Shown here piece by piece: positions 53,751-64,000 of a stretch of 64,000 bases of DNA (positions are counted from its first letter, which is position 1; every line of letters begins with the position of its first letter). Below the pieces are notes generated by a model. It was not told the origin of the DNA and ran no database searches. It saw only the letters and a list, made by a program, of their open reading frames with translations. The translations under genes were made by a program, and so were the position numbers. The stretch spans positions 1,302,001 to 1,366,000 of the forward strand of contig NW_026250403.1 in assembly GCF_024521635.1 (NCBI RefSeq), written 5' to 3'. The DNA comes from Tricharina praecox (lineage: Eukaryota).

Positions 53751-54661
53751 TCACAGCTTGTACTGCCCCGAGGTCTCGTTCTCGATTACATCGAACAACG
53801 GTCTTCCACTGAACCAGCCGGCCCACTCGCCCCCAATGAGTTTATGCGTGGCTTTCGCCTCGTCCTCCCCAATCTTGACCGTCTGCCCCGCCGCATCCGC
53901 CAGCAACTGGACCTTACAGCACTTCTCCATGCTCATGAACCAGAACACGCACGCCTCCACACTACCTCCCGTCGCAAGGATGCCATGGTTCCCTAGGAGG
54001 GCCGCCTTCCTCCCTTCCAGTGCCTGGGCAATCTTGATGCCCTCCTCCTCCTCCAACACGACGCCATTAAACTCCTTGAACACTATGTGGTCGTTATAGA
54101 ACACGCACGAGTCCTGCGAGATCATGTCGAGTTCCTTGTGGAGGGTGCAGAACGCGCGGCCGTACAAGCTGTGTGCGTGGGCAGCGCAGACGACGTCGGG
54201 GCGGGCCGCATGGATCGCCGAGTGGATTGCGAATGCGGCGGCGTTGAGGTTGCGCAGCGGGCCCGAGTCGCCGAGGATCCGCCCGGCGTGGTCGACATGC
54301 AGGAGGTCCGACGAGGTTATCAGCGAGAAGTGCGTGCCGAACGGATTCACCCAGAAGGTGTGCGGGTCGACAGGATCGCGGATGGTAATGTGACCAGCTA
54401 CAGGGCGGATCGGTTAACGTTGTTTCAACCAACGGGAGGTACTAGTAGTTGGGGAGGGTTTTTACCAACTCCTTCATCGAAGCCATGCTTTGCGAAGATT
54501 CGGAATGCGGCGGCCAGGCGCTCCTTAAGGTACTTTCGCTCCTCGAACTTGTCGGTGAACTTAGGAGGGCGGGGCATGGGCGAACTGAAGTCGTCGGTAT
54601 TGGTCTTCATAATGAGCTCCTCCTGCTCCGGGTCTGCAGTTATTGGTGCTGGGGGAGACAT
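53751..54661 (-). CDS. Class II aldolase/adducin head-domain protein; exons 54661-54466 and 54397-53751
   Basis: LAAAFRIF..GFDEGVAGHITIRDP..FWVNPFG..AAFAIHSAIH..CAAHAHS..ALLGNHG metal-binding motifs; intron 54465-54398. Confidence 0.93.
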
Positions 54662-56012
54662 TTCGTTGACGGTTAACGGCTGCCGAGTTTAGGTAAAGCT
54701 AAGTAGAGTAGTTGCTTGGGTCTGCGTGAAATCACATATCGGTAGACGGTAGAACACCTTTAAATACACCCGCTCACCATTGCACGAGATGGGGTTTCCT
54801 ACAGGCGCTTTGTAAGTATGAGGGGTCTGACACGTTAGGTACGGCAAGCTAGAGTAACCGTAATTGCGGGGTACAGCGACGATCCCGAGGCACAACCGGA
54901 CGATACATATCGATTTGTATGTACATACAGCGTCAGTGTGATGATTCCTCCAGGCTATGGAGGCTTTTACGCAGGGCATGACTCCTTCGGTAATCGTGAG
55001 TAATCCTCTAAGATATGAATGAAGGCCTCAATCCACACGGTCCAATCAATGGAGTCCTTCCTAGGCCATATCATTATCTGTTGCCATCGTGTTGAGGTCG
55101 AAAAGCGCTTGAAGCCTTGAACAGCCATTGTATCAAAAAATGAAAGATGGCATTATGGCACGTCTGTGGGTCCTCCCAAGTCCTATTTCTTGAGCACGCT
55201 GACGCCGATACCTATTGGCCAACCTCCAAGGGCATGCCATCTTGTGCTCGTCACCGAAGCTGAGATGGTGGCCTTGATCCGTCTCGTGATGAGATGGGCG
55301 GTGGTCAATGTCGCCGCGCGATGCCTTCATGGAAGGAGGCACAAGTGGCATGGCCAATCGTGTCAGAGTTGTGAGTCCGATGACTATGTACCAACACGAG
55401 GGATTGGTGAGAAATGCTTAGAAAGGCCTCATCCTCCTTCGCAGTCGTGATCCGACGGGTAGATATCATCGCCTGCGTGTGCATTAGCGGTGGTTTTGTT
55501 GGAAACCTTTACTACAGAAACATACCTGCATATCAAGTCTGCCCCGCGGTACCACTCCGGTGACTCGATGCACGCTCTTACAGCGACATGTGATCGGGCA
55601 CAATCGAATGAATGGTGGCTTCAAGCCACAGGGACTTGGCTTCCCGTCTTAACCCACGCACCACCTCTCACTCATGATGACTCGAAGTGGGGCATAGGCA
55701 CAGGGACCTCGCGTAGTGTCCTGGATCCACGCTTCTGGCTAAGTGGTAGTTAAGGCCGTATGCAATAATATCTGGATATTAAATTGATTCTTTCTCTCTC
55801 TCTCCGGATCCACGCTTCTATGTGCTCTAGCAAGACCGTACGCGAAAATAAATAATCGATTCTCTCTCTCTCCCTCTGGATCCACGCTAAGTGGTCCCAC
55901 CCAGACAACCCCCACATCACATCATAAGGAAGGTTTAGAATTCCCAAAAACTTTCTAGTTATTACGAAACCCCTCACAACCACAACGGCCAGTCACGAAA
56001 AAAAAAAGCATA

Positions 56013-57028
56013 ATGCCCATAAATCAGGTACCGTACCGTCTTGCACTCGCAACAGTGTCCGCTAACCCCTCCGTGTGCTGCAGCCTTCCAACCAGATCCG
56101 CCTCACCAATGTCGCCATAGTGCGGCTGAAGAAAGGTACCGACTTCTTATCTTTTATCGACCTCCGCTGCCCCACTATCGTCGTCCCTACTAACACCTCA
56201 CTCCGACCGATAGGCAAGAAGCGCTTCGAGATCGCCTGCTACAAGAACAAAGTCCTCGAATACCGCTCCGGCGTGTGCGTCCCCCGGCTTGCCTTACCTT
56301 GCCTTGCCAGCATTCCAACTGACGTCTCCTAGCGAAAACGATCTCGACGAAGTCCTGCAAACCGACCAAGTATTCATCAACGTATCGAAGGGGGCCCTAG
56401 CGCCCAAAGCGGACCTTCAGAAAGCGTTCGGCGCGAGCACCTCCACAGCGGACATCGTGCGCGAGATCCTCCAGAAGGGCGAGCTACAAGTGGGCGAGAA
56501 GGAACGGGGCGCGAAGCTCGACCAGATTCACGCGGAGGTGATCAGCATCGTCGCGTCGAAATGTGTCGACCCCGGCAGCAAGCGCGTGTACACGTCGACG
56601 ATGGTGGAGAAGGCGCTGGCGGAGCTCGCGACGAAGGAGGGCGGCGGATGGCATGGCGTCAAGGATAGTAAGAGCGCGAAGGCCCAGGCCCTCGAGGCTA
56701 TCAAGGCGCTGGTCGCTGCACAGATCATCCCTATCGCCCGCGCGAGAATGAGGCTCAGGATCACTGGGAATAAGAAGTGCAAGGAGAAGGTTATGGAACA
56801 TGTCGAGCAGGTCGAGGCGGAGGAGTTCCTGCAGAGCGGGGATTGGGAGTGCACCGGGTTCGTCGAGCCTGGGAAGTACAAGCTCCTGGCGGATATCGTA
56901 GCCGGCGAGACGAAAGGTCGTGGACGGGTCGAGATTCTGGATACTGCAGTGAGTGTTGGCGTCGAGTCGCAGAGTTCGGAACCGGAGCTAACGGTTGGCG
57001 ACAGGTTGTGCATGAAGGAGACAATTAG
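56013..57028 (+). CDS. SDO1: Ribosome maturation protein Sdo1/SBDS; exons 56013-56027, 56084-56135, 56214-56274, 56333-56948, 57005-57028
   Basis: [82 protein letters not shown]; four canonical introns. Confidence 0.96.
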
Positions 57029-58184
57029 ACGGGCGTTTAATAATGAATCGGTTTCTGCCAACAACCCACCACTGCATCGTATTGTCACCATCCAATTAAC
57101 ATCGTGCTCGACAGCGGCCCATTAGAGTACATACAAGCGGCCTGTCCAAAGTGATCAAAGCTGTAACAAGCTGTAGCACCGTAATTCAAGGATGACAATC
57201 GCCGGTTCGGGCTGCCCATCATTCGGGGTTGACCGCCACCGAAGTTATGCATACTCCATGTTTGAGACAGGGACTAGGACGGACAGAATGTCCATACCTT
57301 GCGGACCCGCACTAGTGTGCCCGCGGTATTGATCCTGATCCTGACCTTACTTACGTGCAGCTTATCGGCCGGATTACCAGGCCATGTAGCAGTCCGAGCG
57401 GTCTTCCGCCCGAGATGACCACCGGACGGCAGTCCAGACCTGCTACCTAGAACCGCTACCTATGACAGCCAGTCCGGCGACTACATACAGTCCGGATCGC
57501 TGACTGGCTAGCTTGCGTCGAGACGGCCGGACGGAATCGGACTACCCACATATGGTCCGTCCGATTGCACGATTATCAGGCCCCGCGCCCGCGTCACAAG
57601 TATCACTCGGCTAGGCGGTCGACCTCGCACGGAATGAACCGGCCGCAAGTACGTACCTCTGCCGTGCCATAGCACCGTCCGCATCCTCCAAGACGGCTAA
57701 GGCGTGCTTGCATCGGATGGCTGTCAACGCCCGCATGAGAAGACTGTCAACCAACACCCGCATGAGATGGGCTGGGCCGACTGGCCGCTGAACGCCAATC
57801 GTTCGGTTCGAGCTTCGGGTGTTGGCTATGTAACCAACTACTGGCTGCACTAGGGAAGTGTCGGCCGTCAGGAAGCATGAAGGTAGAGTACATACCGATG
57901 TCATGCGGCGAGTTACCCGAGGTCTACAGAGATGAGCAGTGCAGTGTCTAGACTTCTAGCATAGTGGTGTCTAGTACTGGCAGAGGGGGTGTTGGTGACG
58001 CAAGATATGTTCACGGTTTTCAATCATGCAGCCAATTCAAGTCCAGTTACATCTGAGTGTGTGTGTGTGTGTGTGAGGCCAAAAATGCCAGTATTTTGTT
58101 TCGCTAACCAAGAAAAATCCCTAAAATATCCAAACAAAAGAAAATCAAACTACCTATGGAGGAGGAGGTCGATGCCAGCAACTC

Positions 58185-59553
<1,369 letters not shown>

Positions 59554-59883
59554 CTCACCAATGAACATTACCTCGATCATAGATAGCAACTATTGCGATA
59601 GGCACCATGCCGTCTTCCCACACCACCACCACCGCCACCGCCAACGTCTTTGCTAGACGGGAGGACTGAATACATTTGAAGCTGTGTCCGAACTGTAAGT
59701 ATCAGCAACGCCATTCAAGCCACTTCAGGCAGAAGGGGTTGGAAGGGAGAAGTGAAGAATAAAGTGATCATTGCAGCAGCAGCATTGTGTATACGAACGT
59801 ATGGAAGAAGAAGATTTGTTTTCTGAGATGAGGATGAGTCGAGGTTGAGGAATGAGCACCTTTGAGATGGCGGACCTGAGCCC

Positions 59884-59890
59884 TTTATAT
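59884..59890 (-). promoter_or_regulatory. TATA box of THI4 (ATATAAA)
   Basis: ATATAAAGGG on the minus strand, followed by an AUG-free pyrimidine-rich first exon. Confidence 0.6.
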
Positions 59891-61185
59891 CTGGCCCTCC
59901 CTCCCTCCATCCTCCTCTTCCCTGGCCCAACGACAGCCCACCGCCCAGTCCGAAGTGGGGTAGGGTGTGCAAAAAAGTTCGCGAAGCGGGGTACGTCTCG
60001 TACCGGCAAAAATCGAGCATATTTTTTTGAGGTCTCACACATGTATGTAGACCGACCTACCACACTACTCCATTCAGGATGGGATGCATCGACGCCCAGG
60101 CTGCGGTGTTTGGTGCGGGATTAGAGTTAGTTTGATTCCAGTAGAAGCCCCGCCAGTGTCAGACAAGGATCGTGATCAACGAGATCTGCAGAATTTTGCC
60201 GAAGTACGGCATGTGCCATGGAGGTTCCCTAGCAATAATAATCTAATCCAGTTGTTATCGTGAAGTCGAACACAGCATGTGAACTGCAACCGGAGGGGAG
60301 GCAACACATGCAACACCAGATACTTTTTGACGATGAATTGACCGTTCCAACGCCCGAAGATAGATATCTGGAGCATCCTCTTCCCCAGGAATCGAAGGAT
60401 GTCCGGATGCGGGCGCGGGGGAGCGGGGCAGTGTAAACAAACAAACAAACGAAGGAACCCCCCACCATAATTCATATCGCTATCCCCCACTCCTTAGTCG
60501 GGATGAATCGGTCAATTGTGGACCGGAGATCAGGGCGTGCACGGCAAAACCTGATCTTGGAAGGGCATTGCCCATCCCGCAACCAGCAAGAGTCATTTGG
60601 CATGGGTGCTGCTGCCATCTGCGGTCGATATAACCCCGCTAGTCTCGAGCTGGCCGCTACGCCATATGGGCTAGACGAAGAAGATGTCATCGGTTCGAGA
60701 GCGAGAAGCAGAGGAGAGCCGACCGAAGAGTTATGGTGAGAAGCACTGACTAACTAAATCCTCCAACGCCCCTCGCCGCCGTCACCACCGGAGAAAACCG
60801 GCCCCATGAAGAAAAGTGATATAGAAAGAAAAAGAGCAAAGGAAATTCAGGCAAAGCAGGCAGACAGAGAACATCGTACATAAATATACGAGATGCATGA
60901 TACATTCCGCCGATGGAAATGAAAATGAAAATGAAAAAACTCCTTAGCTAAGAAACAACACAGAAGAAAAGATATCCAAAAAGAAAGGACAGAGGGAGAG
61001 ATGGAGGGAGAGAAACGATTCACAAACCTGGCAAAAAGCAGAACAACCATATGTAGGTACCCCAAGATCTTCCCCCCGCACCCCCCGCGCACACACACAT
61101 TTCAAAAAGATACACAAGCAAGCAGTACAACCATCACATCAATTCATGAACACATTCGTCGTCGTTAAGGGTGCCTGGCTGTCTA

Positions 61186-64000
61186 CTACATGATGATGAA
61201 CTGTTTGTGGTACGTTAGTATCATATCAGGGCGGTGATGCTATGTCAAACATACATCAATCAGTTTGTCAGTGAGAGCAGCGCATCGGCTCTCTCTGTCA
61301 ACCGTCGTTTTGAACGATGTAGAAGTCCAAATTCCAGACAATCCACAATCATCCAGGAACATGTTCAACTTCTCCTTCATATTCTTCCGCTGGGGGAACA
61401 TGTTGTTCTTGGAGACGGCGCACATCAGGGCATTCGCTTCCTTCAGGAGCGCCGGGTTGTGAGACGTGCCGAGAACGGTCTCGAGGTGATCGATCAAGTG
61501 GTCGTACCTGCATGAACCAAAGAAGTTAGTTTAAGGAAGTATACAGGAAAGGATGGGCTGCACGAACATCAACACTAGCACTTCAGGCCGCCTCTGCGCC
61601 ATGTGCGTGAAGAATACTAGAGCATGCTTCTGTATGATCTCCTCGCAAGTCTTGAAGTCGATGATAGCCAGGACACCATTCAACAGCAGGTTTCGCTCCG
61701 ACATCATCTCGATCGGAGGGATGTTCGACCACACGTTGATATCCGAATCGTCGATCGACAATCCAACCATCCACATAAGCTCCTTGATGTCGCTCGGGTT
61801 CGAGGCGCGTGTTACGACCATCGCCAGGTAAGGTGGTATGGGAGTATCCTTCGTCCAGCGTGGCAGTTCCGGCATGTTTGCTGCGCCGACTTCCACGAAA
61901 GCTGTAAGGGCACTGATGGCGGCCGGCTTTGTGGATGGACTTTGGAGGCCCTTCGTCAGTGTTGCAGCCATTGCGAAATGGAAGTTATCAACGTCGAATT
62001 TGATGCCATATAGCTCGTCAATATCCATAGCAGCCTCGTCGACCAAAGCTTTCCCCTGCAGGAGCACATGGCCTAACTTGTTGTTCTTAAATTCGCCGGA
62101 TTTGGCAAGTGTCCGAAGGGTGGCTTCCAAGAGACCTGCAGAGCAATTGAACACCATTCCAGAGCCTAGACGGACCAATGACACTGCAACCCAGAACAAC
62201 TGATGAAGATATCGAGATGTTGGCGAGAGGTTGTCCATCATCTTCGTCAGACTGGTGATGATGCTAGTCAGCATCTCGTTGTCTCCGTTTTCGACGAACC
62301 GAGTCAGGGCATTGCGCAGGACCACCAGCACTTGATAGAGCAAGTCGTCATCAACATCCTCTCGCGCTAAACATCCCATGACTGCGAACGCTCGTGGTTG
62401 GATGGCCGGGTTGCTTTGGAAGGCAGTGCTCGCCACCAAACTCATCCATCGTGCTCGCCATATGTTCGCCATGTCCATTGTAGGCGCGGCAACAGCGATG
62501 ATGTCGAGAAGCAAGTTTGTGATCTGTTCCATCGACGTCGACGTGGAATTCTCTGACCGCTGTTCTTGGATCGCTGTAGCATCCCTCGACGTCGGTCTGT
62601 TCAAGCTGAAGAGCAGACGCATCTTCGGCTCATTAAGAGATACTAGAACCTGTTTCAATTGTGCTAGGTTCGAATCCTCCAACGGAAAAGACGTCGATAT
62701 GGAGTGAACGGTATTCACCAGTAAGCTATGAACTGCCACACGGACCGGGGACTGGCCACAGTTGACGATCATCGTGATGACATGGAAGAGCTCGGGCAAG
62801 AACATCTGCGCCTGGATACGGCTGTCGAAGGAGATCGCGAGGCATATCTTGAGCAGCACGCAAATCTCATTCCAAGCGTGATTGTCAACAAGATGGCGTG
62901 TTGCGCGAAGTGTCGACTTATTGAGAGCCTTCCGGAGCCTCGCGATGACCTTGCTGCGGATCGTGAGAGTCTCGAAGGACGAACAGATGGACCCAATGGT
63001 TTCAGCACCGTCCGACCCAAACCCAAAGTTCATGGCAGCCTTGATCAATTCTTCCAGGAAAACGTCTAGAAGACCTTCGTCTTTCCCGATGATAAACCAG
63101 GCGTTCTGCTGAAACGATGTGTAAAGCTTAGGCTCTTTCACGGTTATGTCGATGATCTTTCGTGCGATGACAGCCAGTCTCTCACGGCCTCGTTCCGGAT
63201 CCTCGCCACCCATCAAAACGTGCGAGTGAAGGTTCGCAAGCCATGGCGCCATGTAGAGAATGTTCAGAGGGCGTTGTCGAGGATGTGACTTATCCCATCC
63301 AATGAAGAACTCGGTGAGGAAGTCAAAGGTGAGCTGGGGTTCCGTAGCAGCTAATTTTTCGCTCACGCCGACAATGAGTGTCACAGCATCAGGGGGTATG
63401 CTCAAACCTGAACCCCATAAATTAGCAAACACAACATGTGGTGAGAGGACCATTTCAACCAACCTTTAGCATTCACAAATTGTCTGTCAAGGTTGAACTG
63501 AAATGCTTGGCAGAGGGCGCACAGCAGATTGTACGCGGCAAGACGCAGAGCGGGATCAACGCTCGCCATATTCATCAATGAGATGTTGAGCATCGTACCC
63601 GGAACGTCTTCCGGACGAATGGTCCTTTCGCTAAGCTTGGAAGGCTTGTTATCGCTGGAATACTTGGCTTTCGACGACTTGAGTGTCTTGAGGATATCAT
63701 TCTTCTTCGGACTCGAGAAGTAGAAGGAGGTCTTCCCACCATCGGTTTTGATTCCGAATGCATTTTCCTCGTCGGTATGGTAAGCCGCATTTGCTTCTTC
63801 AACATCCGAAAGTCTGAAGATGTCGTTCACGTTGACCAAGATTCTAAACCCTGGGTACAACTCTTGTCGTTTGACAGGTGTAATCTGAATGTACTGACTG
63901 CCGACCTTGAAGATGACCTCCGTATTTCCCTTGGTCATCGACAGCCTAGTGATGTTGTGGAAGACGTATCTCGAGTCGCTCAAAAAGCTCATCGTTTCCC
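61186..64000 (-). CDS. Neurofibromin/Ira-type Ras GTPase-activating protein, C-terminal part (5' end outside window); introns 63463-63408, 61567-61508, 61254-61201
   Basis: NF1-like motifs IRPEDVPGTMLNISLMNM..LRLAAYNLLCAL, EPQLTFDFLTEF, YMAPWLANL, FLPELFHVIT, NPAIQPRAFAVMGCL, LFWVAVSLV; splicing gives a continuous frame ending FIIM*. Confidence 0.9.

Noticed and set aside
53587-55895. Spaced short repeats considered as CRISPR-like arrays
   Set aside because: Eukaryotic context, only 2-3 degenerate units, related rather than unique spacers, no cas genes
57240-57612. GC-rich stretch with repeated CAGTCC/GGAC words between SDO1 and THI4; considered as hAT-type MITE or structured ncRNA
   Set aside because: Only a weak terminal match (CAGGGACTAG versus CGGGGCCTGA), no target-site duplication and no recognisable RNA-family motifs
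61183-61188. TAG TAG stop of the RasGAP as a stop-loss editing or readthrough site
   Set aside because: Tandem stops argue for efficient termination; no evidence of a conserved extension

Overview
Eukaryotic, intron-containing genomic DNA from a filamentous ascomycete (short 50-100 nt GT..AG introns with CTRAY branch points; Pezizomycotina-type proteins). About 17 protein-coding genes were assembled by hand: a low-complexity protein, MEMO1, two paralogous small secreted 6-Cys proteins, a GPR1/FUN34/YaaH acetate transporter, a G1-type cyclin, Srs2/UvrD helicase, LYS12, VPS37, ERV14, a ZZ/EF-hand protein, CDC40/PRP17, a secreted SGNH esterase, a class II aldolase, SDO1, THI4 and the 3' part of a neurofibromin/IRA-type RasGAP. 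The right half (36-64 kb) is gene-dense. The left half (4.6-36 kb) is gene-poor, rich in simple repeats and bracketed by the two secreted-protein paralogs. Non-coding highlights: (i) a TPP riboswitch in the THI4 5'-UTR intron, with visible alternative donors, upstream AUGs and an anti-aptamer helix abutting the proximal donor; (ii) a 435-bp PIF/Harbinger (Tourist-like) MITE with perfect 26-bp TIRs and a TAA duplication; (iii) a strongly AUG-depleted, apparently multi-intron long leader upstream of the cyclin; (iv) a CreA-type site cluster upstream of the acetate transporter. Exon boundaries and family assignments come from reading the sequence and recalled motifs, not from database searches.
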